IMG/VR virus record: IMGVR_UViG_3300037400_002732
Span: 110,808 to 174,807 of that record
DNA: 64,000 nt
Origin: a virus
Lineage: Duplodnaviria; Caudoviricetes
Reading direction: 5' to 3' (one strand)
Shown: one piece after another, positions 27,558-38,100 of the stretch
Numbering within the stretch: position 1 is the stretch's first letter
How the letters are laid out: each line of letters begins with the position of its first letter
Notes under the pieces: generated by a model
Databases searched by the model: none
Told to the model about the DNA's origin: nothing
Seen by the model: only the letters and a program-made list of their open reading frames with translations
Program-made: the position numbers and the translations under genes

Positions 27558-30116
27558 ATGGCGAGTAATGCACTAGATCAACGCAAGTATGCGAAATTGT
27601 CATTTGAGTCTGTTCGTGAACAGCTCGTGACTATCATGAAGGCCAAGGGTGGCAACTTTGCAGATGCATCGGACAGCTCTTATGGTCGTTTGATGATTGA
27701 CTTGTTCTCCGGAACGTCGGACTTGATGGGTTACTATACCGAATCGTCCTTCATGAATGCGTTCATGGAGCCATCGTCGAACTCTACTCCGTCCATCTAC
27801 GCCAACGCTCGTATGTTGGGCTACAGCGTACGTCGTCCGGTTCCGGCGAAGGCTGGTATCGGTATTGCGGCTACACAGACTGGTAAGTATTCTAGCATCC
27901 GTGTCAGAATACCGAAGGGAACTGAATTTACCATTGGCGGATTAACGCTGACTGCCATGGATGACATGGAATTTTACTACAACAGAAATAACGATCCGTC
28001 CAATACTGGTCTAATGACCTTGGTTTCTGGTAAAGCGGTAGTAGCTGAAGGACAGTTCAAGACCGAAACTCTAGTATCTACTGGAAAGCAGAACCAGATC
28101 CATATTGTCAACGATACGACGTTCTCCGATTACTTTGGTGACAATGACCCTAACTTTGATGACGACGGTAACGTAGCTCATCGTGCGGCAGCATTCACAA
28201 CGGTTACATCCGACGCGACCTTGATGGACAACGTCGATCCGAGTGTAGTGTCCCATGACAAATTGTACTGGCGTATATCTCGCCGTGGACTTATTGATCC
28301 AGCAAAGGAAAGCGTATTGAATGATATTGAACAGTTCGTAGCTGGACAAGATAACTATACCGACAACTACACCGTTGAAATCACTACGGCGAACGACGGT
28401 AACGTTCAGTTGAAGTTCGGCGACGGCTTGAATTCCGCCATTCCGTATGGCCTTATCAACGTCACTTATTTCTCCACATTGGGTGAAGGCGGTAACTTGC
28501 TCGATGTTGCTGGTAGCGTATTGGCTACGAGCGATTCGAAGATCGTCATTACTCAAGGTGATGGAACTGAAAGCGACATTACGCTCGAAGACTTGAACAT
28601 CGCGCTGACTACTGACATCCGTAACGGCATGGATATCCAGTCCAACGAATCGATCAAGGCGGATGCACCGTATATTTTCAATTCACTGGACAAGCTCGTA
28701 AACCGTTTGAGCTACAAGATTTTCTTGCGTCGTTATGCCGACGTGAAGTACGCGACAGCATACGGCGAGGATATCTTGAATACCAAGCTGGAAAACGGCG
28801 GTATTGACGTGAAGTTCATGAACCAGATCCGTTTCAGCGTGTTGAAGAGCTTGTATCGTAAGAAGGATAACAACTACTATCCTACTACGTCGAACGAGTA
28901 TTTCCTCGAAGGCTTCAAGATTAACGGCCTTATGTACACATGGCAATACGACTATGGCGAATTGTCCAAGAAGGGCCTTGACCAAGGCCATGTCGCGCTG
29001 GCAGACCGAGTAAAGAAGGCTCTTATTGCTGCTGGCGTTACTGCTGAACAGCAGACGTCCGTCATGATGGCCATCATGCCGGAGTTCCCAATGGATTACC
29101 AAGTGTATTCCGCCAAGCTTACGCCGCTTGACTTTGTCGAGGATGGTTCTGAACTGTACTCGGTAATGACTGCGCTGAACCAGCGCGGCATGATTACTGT
29201 GGGTGGCGGCTATCACAACTACGTCTATCCTAGTGTACATGAAATGCAGTGCCATTTGGATGTTACCTTGTATCGAGGCAACAACTTTACTGATGTCAAG
29301 GAACGCATCCAAAACGTAATATACAAGTACTTGAGCGACAATACCGAGTTCGCTTCGCCAGTGTACCGTTCTCGCATCGAAGCCCTAGTACATGGGCTCA
29401 CCGAAGTCGAAGGCGTCGATGTGCGCTTCGCTCCGGTAGAGAGCCAGTACAACCAGCTTGACATTAACCAACTTAAGTGGCTTGGTAGTGTGACTGGAGA
29501 ATTTATCGCGCCTGGGTCTATCACCATGGATCCAGTTGACTTCACGTTGCAATATACGGTCGTCGGCCCTAATGCCAAGACAACCTTGATAGATACGTTT
29601 ACTCTTCCAGACCAAACGGCTATGCAGTGCCGCGTTGCCGACTACTGCAAGAACTTTATCGCAGATAATTTTGAAAGTGTTACTGATATGGAAATAGACA
29701 AGTTTGTTGCTTATATTTGGTCTCAAGTGATGCAACAGATTTATACGCCGATTACCGACGCGCTTAATTCGGCTCGTAATAAAGGTGAAATCGAAACTGC
29801 AAAGGCGTTGAATAGCTTGATTAATGCAATAAAGGGCTGGGAACTGGGGCCAGACGCAGTTTCCTTCAAGAATACCGATACGATCGTGTCGATGACTGAA
29901 GTGAACGGCAGCGTTCTATATGATTATCTGAAGTACGGTCTCAACTATATCAAACTTGTCCGTAACGTACTCGCTTATTACGTAACCAAGAGTTTAATTG
30001 ACGAGAACGGAAACATTACGAATTACACCAATGACAATGAGATTGTCCAGATTGTCGTTCCGGTGGATGAAATCGATCTGAAGGTGTCTCTGGACTCTGT
30101 ATTGCTCACTGAATAG
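27558..30116 (+). CDS. gp6: Baseplate wedge protein (T4 gp6-like)
   Basis: LSFESVREQL, ARMLGY, LKFGDG...P and Y-x-x-T-x-G-x-x-GN motifs. Confidence 0.85.
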   Translation: MASNALDQRKYAKLSFESVREQLVTIMKAKGGNFADASDSSYGRLMIDLFSGTSDLMGYYTESSFMNAFMEPSSNSTPSIYANARMLGYSVRRPVPAKAGIGIAATQTGKYSSIRVRIPKGTEFTIGGLTLTAMDDMEFYYNRNNDPSNTGLMTLVSGKAVVAEGQFKTETLVSTGKQNQIHIVNDTTFSDYFGDNDPNFDDDGNVAHRAAAFTTVTSDATLMDNVDPSVVSHDKLYWRISRRGLIDPAKESVLNDIEQFVAGQDNYTDNYTVEITTANDGNVQLKFGDGLNSAIPYGLINVTYFSTLGEGGNLLDVAGSVLATSDSKIVITQGDGTESDITLEDLNIALTTDIRNGMDIQSNESIKADAPYIFNSLDKLVNRLSYKIFLRRYADVKYATAYGEDILNTKLENGGIDVKFMNQIRFSVLKSLYRKKDNNYYPTTSNEYFLEGFKINGLMYTWQYDYGELSKKGLDQGHVALADRVKKALIAAGVTAEQQTSVMMAIMPEFPMDYQVYSAKLTPLDFVEDGSELYSVMTALNQRGMITVGGGYHNYVYPSVHEMQCHLDVTLYRGNNFTDVKERIQNVIYKYLSDNTEFASPVYRSRIEALVHGLTEVEGVDVRFAPVESQYNQLDINQLKWLGSVTGEFIAPGSITMDPVDFTLQYTVVGPNAKTTLIDTFTLPDQTAMQCRVADYCKNFIADNFESVTDMEIDKFVAYIWSQVMQQIYTPITDALNSARNKGEIETAKALNSLINAIKGWELGPDAVSFKNTDTIVSMTEVNGSVLYDYLKYGLNYIKLVRNVLAYYVTKSLIDENGNITNYTNDNEIVQIVVPVDEIDLKVSLDSVLLTE

Positions 30117-30124
30117 GACATAGC

Positions 30125-33100
30125 ATGAATCCGATAGTCTATAACAAGAATGGTCAATATCGTTTTACCGATTTCGTAGGCTACTTGCCAGAATTTCTGC
30201 GTTCTGAACCGGACGTGGTTACATTTCTGCAAGTGATGTCCGACTACATAAACAACGCCTACCGTAATGTGAATGTTACGGAAGAGTTTGAGCTGGTCAA
30301 GGTATGTTCGAGCACCGACAGAACAATCGTTGAAAAGTGGATGAACAAGCTGAACAATATGTTCCGTTTGGCTTGTGACCGCAGTGAGTCGGTGCTGTAC
30401 TTGTCGGTGCCTCGTAATAACGTAAAAAATAACGTGGCGCTCGGTAACGGAAATGCCGAGTATGTTAGGACGATTGAGGTAGACTTGGCTGACATAGTTG
30501 ACAGTCTGCCATCAGCTTCCGAAAGAATTGGCGGCGCATCTGCAATGGATGACGGTGACGTGGTTTATGTAAAGTATCGTAAGAGAAAACTATCCGAAAT
30601 GGTTGCGTATTACTATGCCAAGGACAGCAATACGTTGATAAAGGATCCGAAAGCGACGTCACAAGATCCGTTTACCGAGACATACAACAATCCTTCTACT
30701 GCCGTCCAGTTTGATGTTATTGACGTTGGTAACGTGGTTTGCCGTTATGGCGGAAAGCATGACGATGTCGTATATTACGAAGTGTATTTTCCTCTTCATG
30801 TGACTAATGTAAAACGAGTGGCCGAATCTGGCATTGCGAAGTACGATGTCAATTCCGATGGAAAGGATGATGAAATCTATGTCGATTACTACAACTTGAC
30901 AAGCGCGGTCAATACGGACGACGGAACGTACAATACCTATATCAAGTTCGGCAAGAGTAAGGGGTTTAACTGGACTGGAGAAATCCCTACTGGAATGTTC
31001 TATTTTCGTGACAGTAGTGCAGCTAAGCTTGCCAATCTGTCGGGCTCTAGCACGATGGAAATTGCTGATACGCTTACGGCTCCGTCTGTCGATCGTTACC
31101 GTATCAAGAAAGTTATTAAAACGGCTGGGACGTACCGTGCATACATGGAAGCGTTCCCCGGCGTGTACGCCAATGCTCTGTTCTACATTGTGAACGGTGC
31201 AAAGAACTGTGGTGTGTACCGCATGAATGGCGATATTACTGCCCAGTCTCGTTTTGACGATGGCGAACTATATATTGACTTGGTGAATGTATCCGGTAAT
31301 GACTACGACCGCGATATTCTTAACGATAACAATACGCTGACCTTGATTTCAATACCGCTTGCGGCAAGTAAGTACATTATCAATTTCAATGACAGTATGC
31401 CGTTGGTCAAGTGGTCGAATGAAATTACTGGGTTGGGCGAATCTGTAATTGGCCTTGCATCTAATATTATGATGCAACGTGCAAAGATTACACGTAACCC
31501 CTTGTTGTACAAGGGAACTGTTGATCGTCTGACCAGGGATACTATCCAGCTTCCTATCGACTTGACTGGAATCGTTGTATCTGGCAACCTTATTTGTTCT
31601 ACGGCATTCCAGAACGACGATAACGTGTCACCGTATTACGCGACAGTTACATCAGCTTACTGGGATCCGAATATCGACCGTTTCCGACTGACTGTTGCAC
31701 CGGGTGCAAATCTCAATTTGTCTGAAATTCAGTCTAACCCATCGATTGAGATTTATGGGGTTACTGCCGGATATTTGACCTCTTTGGCGGAAGATTATGC
31801 ATATAGCCCAGAAAGTGAACTAGTGTGCTTTAAAGGAAAGTGGCGTATCGACATAGAACCGAATGACTTGCTGAGAGTCACTCTACCAATGGGGGACGAA
31901 ACAAAGGATTGCTTGCTAACGGTCGTCAAAGCGGACATGTACAAAGAGCTGGTGTATGTCAAGAAACCAGCTGGATTTACTTTCAGCTTTGATGTTGACG
32001 ATATGCTGATGGCTTCGATTGAGCGAGTTGCGGTTGATTTAGATGATCGCAAGGCATCCATTAACAAAGTCAACTATGTAAAGGAACTTGCCGACGGAAC
32101 AGTCATGGCTGCAGTGAATAACCGTTCATACGAGGGCGATATTTATACTGCCGAGGACTTTCTGGAACATAGTCAGCATTTCTACATGCTTGCCAACATT
32201 ATCGGTTCGGATGAATACAGCTTACTCGAAATGGATACTGACGTGCTCAAGTTTGTTCCGGGTCATGCGTATTCGGCTAACCAGTATGTCTATAACGACA
32301 ATGACAAGAAAATCTACAAGATTATTCGGCAGACTACAGTCCAGCCAGACGGTACGACGATCGATTCCAATGCGTCTGCAGAAGACCGCATAGTCCATTA
32401 CTCGGTTGGATTTATTGAAATACAGAACTCCTATATGCCGTATTGTGGCCCAGTGGCGTCCCTTGACTATGAAGAAAAGCCGAATTACATGGGCGATATG
32501 TCGGAAGTCCGTATTCCGTTGTATATCAAGAAGATTAACGACGTCCGCTTGAAATATGGCTGGAATCAGCGTCAGTATGTCTATTACAACGACGATATTG
32601 GCGTTGCCCCGCTTGACCGAGCTGGATTTATCGAAATGTATGCGGACAAGGTGTCTACTAATGCTGATAGAAATCCAGTTGAGTTGAACTTACGTAAGAG
32701 AGCTCACGTTCTTCCAGCTAACGCGATGCGATATGGTTGCGGCAGTCAATATTACGTTCTTGATATCGACTCTCCTCCGGTGGCGCAGCGCAGCGATGAT
32801 GGCTCATGGGTCATTACCGTAAAGTCTAGCGGTCACGGTCTGTCTGATGGCGTAATAGTGTCGGCGAGCGTAGATACCGGCACTGGTGACACAGAAGCTG
32901 AGATTAAGGAAGCGGTGTTTAACTCGGATAATGCTGTTGTGACGGTTATATCGCCGGATGTCATTCAATATACCACGGCAGCCCCATCGATATCTGGGTA
33001 TATTGTTAGCTTGGGCGGTGATGACAAACTTACCGTTACTTACGACCGTTCATACTTGGATGACCCGACGGCATACCCGACTGAAGGCGATGTTGTCGTT

Positions 33101-35086
33101 ATGGGAGCCGAACTGTGCAGTACTAGTCAAGTATTGGATTATGACCATCGGTTCGATACTTATCCAAAAGTCGGCGATGCTGAGATCTATGTTGGCGGCA
33201 CGACGTATCTTGTTACAAGTGGTACATGGAAAGTTATTGACCCGTCGGAACTACTGACTCCGACGACGATTTACTGCCGTCATAACTTATTTGACGAAAG
33301 TACTACCAATCCGACGTTCGCTATGGGGGATTCATTCGTAATCAATAAGATTACTGTGCCAAGCCAAGGTGCTAATTATGCGGAAATTCAGACATCTAAG
33401 CGTATTCCGGAATTGGATGTAGATAATGCGAACGGTATCTATGCCGACAAGGGTCGCGTGTACATTGAAAACGTGAACCAAGGCGTGTTCTGTGGATGGC
33501 ATACAATTAAGGAAATTCATAACGGCGGTTCATTTAGCATTTACATTGATACTACCATACCGGTTGGAGATTACATTGCACCCATAACGAACCGCCAGAT
33601 GACTGTTCGCGTTGGTCGATGGTACAAATATACGCTAAGTGGCTATGATTGGTCGAAGAGAAGTAACTTGACTTCTTATGTTACGACGAACAAGATACTC
33701 GAAATCGGTACGAATACCGCTCGTATTAAGACCAAGTACGCACATAACCTCAATGTAGGCGATCATGTCTTGATTGATCCGACTGGTAGTACTGTCTACA
33801 ATGTTTCTGCTGCCAATGTCGATACTATTATTCAGACGAAGGTGACTGCGGTCATCGACGATTATACTGTTGAGCTTGAAAGAGCAATGGAACCAAACGA
33901 AGGCGGCTACATTTTCCGTGGCTATATCATTAACAACGGAAAGAACCTTAGCCGTCTTAGTGGCGAATACTTTATCAGTATCAATGGAGAGACGGTCAAG
34001 CTGTCTGATGGTGACGTGGTTGTTACTATGGGTCAAGTGTGCTTGGATGAGCGCAGGGCATGGCGTGTCACTGAAAAGACTGCATGGATACCGATGATGG
34101 ATAAGCGTACGTTCAAGATTGATCGTATGGCAGTAGATATGCAACACAACCCAGCATATGATATCGGTGATGATTTCGATACGGAATCGGAATATAAGTA
34201 TGTTACTTACGCTGATTCCGATGTATCGGCTGACGAGTCTGCATATCAGATAGGATGGGCCAGTGCTCGTAACTATCACTTCGAACATCCGTATGTCGAA
34301 AACCTTGACACTACACAGAAGACAGAGCTTGAGTATTCCTCGAAGTATGACTATGCTACGGTGGCACCTCGTGACGATATGGATCCTACGTTCAATGGCG
34401 TCCCTGATATGGGATATCCGCTTGCGGAACGTATCGAGCGACTGGCGTATCTTCGTGACCCAGAAGTCATTGATCTTGACTTGATCGGTTACTTGGCTCG
34501 ATTCATGGGCTATGACATTACTGCCGTCGCCGACGACATTCGCTCTAGCAACATTTACCGTAACAGCGAAGAACGCGAGAAGGCTGTTCGAGAGACTGTC
34601 GCTCATTTGCCGCAATTCTATGCGCTGAATGGTACTAAGGCTGGCATCAATATGCTGATGGCTACTTTTGGTCTTGTTGGCGAACTCATCACCCAGTGGA
34701 CTAATACGGACGATCCGTATGGCGAGTTGATTCGCCAAGATGAAGTGGCTGACCGTATGGATGCCGACTTGAAACATGGTATTACGACATCGTCATGGGT
34801 TCCTACTCCTCACGTTACCCTCGATATCTTGGAAAATGAAAATTTCAACAGTGTTCTGCTTGGTAACGAAGAAATTTCACGGATGAAAGAGCAGATTCGT
34901 TGCTGCAAGCCGATTAACGTCGTGTTTGACGGCATTCGAGTCGTGTATGACGTGACTATACCGGCGGATGTGCAGTTGGTAGTCGGAGAATCCGAATTGG
35001 TTGATTCTACATACCTTCTGGACGCTGATGATGCTGACATTGAGTTGAATAGAGACCCTTGCGTGGGCGAAGATTGCGACTTTTAG
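30125..35086 (+). CDS. Baseplate wedge protein (gp7-like), 1653 aa
   Basis: Follows gp6; N-terminal LPEFL and C-terminal YLARFMGY...FYALNGTKAGINMLMATFG...KPINV. Confidence 0.65.
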   Translation: MNPIVYNKNGQYRFTDFVGYLPEFLRSEPDVVTFLQVMSDYINNAYRNVNVTEEFELVKVCSSTDRTIVEKWMNKLNNMFRLACDRSESVLYLSVPRNNVKNNVALGNGNAEYVRTIEVDLADIVDSLPSASERIGGASAMDDGDVVYVKYRKRKLSEMVAYYYAKDSNTLIKDPKATSQDPFTETYNNPSTAVQFDVIDVGNVVCRYGGKHDDVVYYEVYFPLHVTNVKRVAESGIAKYDVNSDGKDDEIYVDYYNLTSAVNTDDGTYNTYIKFGKSKGFNWTGEIPTGMFYFRDSSAAKLANLSGSSTMEIADTLTAPSVDRYRIKKVIKTAGTYRAYMEAFPGVYANALFYIVNGAKNCGVYRMNGDITAQSRFDDGELYIDLVNVSGNDYDRDILNDNNTLTLISIPLAASKYIINFNDSMPLVKWSNEITGLGESVIGLASNIMMQRAKITRNPLLYKGTVDRLTRDTIQLPIDLTGIVVSGNLICSTAFQNDDNVSPYYATVTSAYWDPNIDRFRLTVAPGANLNLSEIQSNPSIEIYGVTAGYLTSLAEDYAYSPESELVCFKGKWRIDIEPNDLLRVTLPMGDETKDCLLTVVKADMYKELVYVKKPAGFTFSFDVDDMLMASIERVAVDLDDRKASINKVNYVKELADGTVMAAVNNRSYEGDIYTAEDFLEHSQHFYMLANIIGSDEYSLLEMDTDVLKFVPGHAYSANQYVYNDNDKKIYKIIRQTTVQPDGTTIDSNASAEDRIVHYSVGFIEIQNSYMPYCGPVASLDYEEKPNYMGDMSEVRIPLYIKKINDVRLKYGWNQRQYVYYNDDIGVAPLDRAGFIEMYADKVSTNADRNPVELNLRKRAHVLPANAMRYGCGSQYYVLDIDSPPVAQRSDDGSWVITVKSSGHGLSDGVIVSASVDTGTGDTEAEIKEAVFNSDNAVVTVISPDVIQYTTAAPSISGYIVSLGGDDKLTVTYDRSYLDDPTAYPTEGDVVVMGAELCSTSQVLDYDHRFDTYPKVGDAEIYVGGTTYLVTSGTWKVIDPSELLTPTTIYCRHNLFDESTTNPTFAMGDSFVINKITVPSQGANYAEIQTSKRIPELDVDNANGIYADKGRVYIENVNQGVFCGWHTIKEIHNGGSFSIYIDTTIPVGDYIAPITNRQMTVRVGRWYKYTLSGYDWSKRSNLTSYVTTNKILEIGTNTARIKTKYAHNLNVGDHVLIDPTGSTVYNVSAANVDTIIQTKVTAVIDDYTVELERAMEPNEGGYIFRGYIINNGKNLSRLSGEYFISINGETVKLSDGDVVVTMGQVCLDERRAWRVTEKTAWIPMMDKRTFKIDRMAVDMQHNPAYDIGDDFDTESEYKYVTYADSDVSADESAYQIGWASARNYHFEHPYVENLDTTQKTELEYSSKYDYATVAPRDDMDPTFNGVPDMGYPLAERIERLAYLRDPEVIDLDLIGYLARFMGYDITAVADDIRSSNIYRNSEEREKAVRETVAHLPQFYALNGTKAGINMLMATFGLVGELITQWTNTDDPYGELIRQDEVADRMDADLKHGITTSSWVPTPHVTLDILENENFNSVLLGNEEISRMKEQIRCCKPINVVFDGIRVVYDVTIPADVQLVVGESELVDSTYLLDADDADIELNRDPCVGEDCDF

Positions 35087-35109
35087 TCGTGTGTTCCGTG
35101 TTGGAAACT

Positions 35110-35117
35110 AATAAACT
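35110..35117 (+). promoter_or_regulatory. Putative late promoter AATAAACT
   Basis: ACTAATAAACTA 28 nt before ATG 35145. Confidence 0.6.
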
Positions 35118-35144
35118 AGTTTCTGCATAACATTGGAACATGCG

Positions 35145-38100
35145 ATGAAGAAAGTAATTACCGACAATGGCCTCAATTTGATCAACCAGACTCGTGCTGA
35201 TGGCACTACCCAGTACTGGATTGGATATTACGGTCTGGCGTATGTGCCGGACGAAACTCGTGATAATGATCCTATTACCGCCAGCATGACTCAGCTGACT
35301 AAGACTGGTGACAACATCTACAATATCTTCCAAGGATCGATGACGCCGGTAGGCTTTGATACCGACATAGGTGATTCTGCTGCATACCGTCTGTTCAATG
35401 AATGCATGTACACGGCGAACATTGCTCAGAAGTTCCGCTATGTATTGGACGAAAACGGAAATAACCAGCTTATTGTGTTCGCCGATGCTGCTAATTTGAC
35501 AGCAGATCAGTCCGCTGGATTGGTTGAATATCAACGTTATAAAGGTGTTCAATATGATCCGCAAAATAATGATGAGGTGAATGCATCTGAATTGCCAATT
35601 CCGGCACCACTGTACTACTTGGGTGAACCGGTCGATTACAATGTGACTGCTGAACAAGCTGACCGAGCAATGAATGCTGCCACCGTATCATGTGATACTC
35701 GTGTGTATAAGGGCAATGCCACTACGCAGCCGCCTTCTGTTCAGACGGAGACTAATGTCTGGGCAAGTAACTCTGATAAATATTCATGGGCCGACAGCAA
35801 GGGCAACACTTACGACGACCAAGTATCTACGTCAAACAACTTTAAGTATCTGAAGCGATATTGGCAGTATCAGAGCGTGTCAAACTTTAACCGTTTCCAT
35901 GCACCGGCTAACTCTGCTGGTTACTTTGTTGATAGTGAGCCAGCTTGCAGCAATTTGGCTAAAGCGACACGTCTGTTCCCAATTTCGCACTATGACGTGA
36001 TTAACACCAAAGATGATGAAAAGGTTGACTCCGTCAAGTACACCATTTCGCTTGATTTGGGCGATATGTTGACTAAGACGACTAACCGTAGTACCAAGTA
36101 TTATCAGCCGTCTGACGGAAATACGACGTTGACCGAAACGAGCGGCGACAATTATCGTATGGGCGTAAAATTCAACCGTATTGGTATATATGCGGTTCCG
36201 GTGTCCTTGCGTGTGTTTGATGATGATGCAGTCGGCTCGTCGAACTGCGGCGACCATAATATCCAGATGCAGATCTCTGGTAATGAAGACCCGATTTTGT
36301 TCGCGGTTATGGACTTACCGTCACCGATTGTACTTAGTGAAGATGGCTTGCAAAAGTATGTGTTCCATTTCCAAGTACAAATGAAAGGCGGCAATGTAGT
36401 TGATGATGCATCAATCTATTACAACTTGTATGAAAATGACGCGATTACGTGGTATAAGAATCAGCTGATAGCAAACGCCAGCACCGCCGAAGCAGTAACT
36501 TCGCTTGGTGTTCAGATGGCGTACTTGCGTCAGCAGATTAACGACATGAATTCTGGCAGCGATGCATGCGGTATTGGCGACGATGGCGATCGTTATGCCC
36601 TCGAAGGTCATACGCATGATTACATGAAGAACATCGTTGACTCGCAAGGCGCTGGAAATGGTGCAGTACGAGGAATCTATACAAAAGAAGAAGGCCGACC
36701 GATTAAGATTTACCAAATTGCTGACAGAGGTGTGCAATTCGACGAAGTCACTCAAACTCTTCGATATACCGACGATAATACGCAAGTGCCTCTATTGATC
36801 AATTCTGCAAGCTATATGTCTGGTAAGGACTCGATGACTCTTGGGTCTGACAGCGCGACTATCGGTAGTTATTCCATCAACATGAGCGACTACGGTATTC
36901 TAGGTCAAGATTCCAAGAGTGTTCTTTTGATGGGCGGTCGTGGTAAAAGCGGCGATTATGATGATTTCCATTTGGCTGTAGATAACACTCGCAATAGTAT
37001 TATTAACATCGAACACGGCGAAATCCGTTCTATGAGGGGTAGCCTGTGGTTGGGCGATGTTCAGAATATTTGTTCCGGCAATGTATTACATACCATTGGT
37101 GTCGGCAAGAACGATGTTACCGATAATCGTTGGAACCAGTATAGCAATATTGAGGGTGTGCACAGCGGATCATCAAGTTATAACGTGTTGGTCGGTTATA
37201 ATCGCCTTATGGGATATTTGCAACGCTCGGTTATTGTTGGTATAGATGAAAGTGGTTCACCACAGAATGTAGCTATGTATAATCCGTTTGCCGACATGGA
37301 TGCGGAGTACATGAAGTATGTGAATTACTTGTCTGAAAAGTCTAAGCTTTTCCCCACTAAGGGAAGAGGCGTGGAAGATGTCGTTTCTGCTGGTTATAGG
37401 AATGATTTTGGAACTGGGTTATCGACCGCCTTGGTTATTGGTAAGGATCTGGACGGTCTTGTCGGTACGGTAAACAGTATTATGGTTGGTTCTCGACAAA
37501 ATAACGCACTGCCGTACTACAACCCAAATATTGTTCTGACCGTCGATGAGTTTAACGCACGATACGGCACTGATGACACGGAACCGTATCCGGCTGACGA
37601 TCCGATTTGGTATAGCCACGATGATGGTGATATCATGGTTGTCGGGGATGGTAAATTATATTTCCGTGATGGGGTAGGTTCATCTAGCAGTGTCAAAACG
37701 CGTGATGTAAGGGGTGTCACTCTGTATATTACTTATACCAATAATGAGTGGGATACTGGTATAACTATTGGTAGAAATCGTGACAATCCAGACGATCCCA
37801 CCATATTTAACGAAGGATCTCGTGCTAAAAGGTATGCCGACCTATACAGTAAACCTGGCCATAACAAAAACATGGTCATGCTTGGCGATGACATTAACGT
37901 AGGTTATGGCAGCGAAAGCAGTATTGTCATGGGTGACTATAGCGGTACGCGTAAGATTACCGTGAAGAACTCGTTTATTAATTTCCTTGGTGACCAGACG
38001 GCGTTTAACGCCAACTCGACCAGCGGGCCGTGCTCCACATTTGACAATGTATGGTGGATTGGTCACGCTAAGGGTAAGGACTCGACTTCGAATAATAATT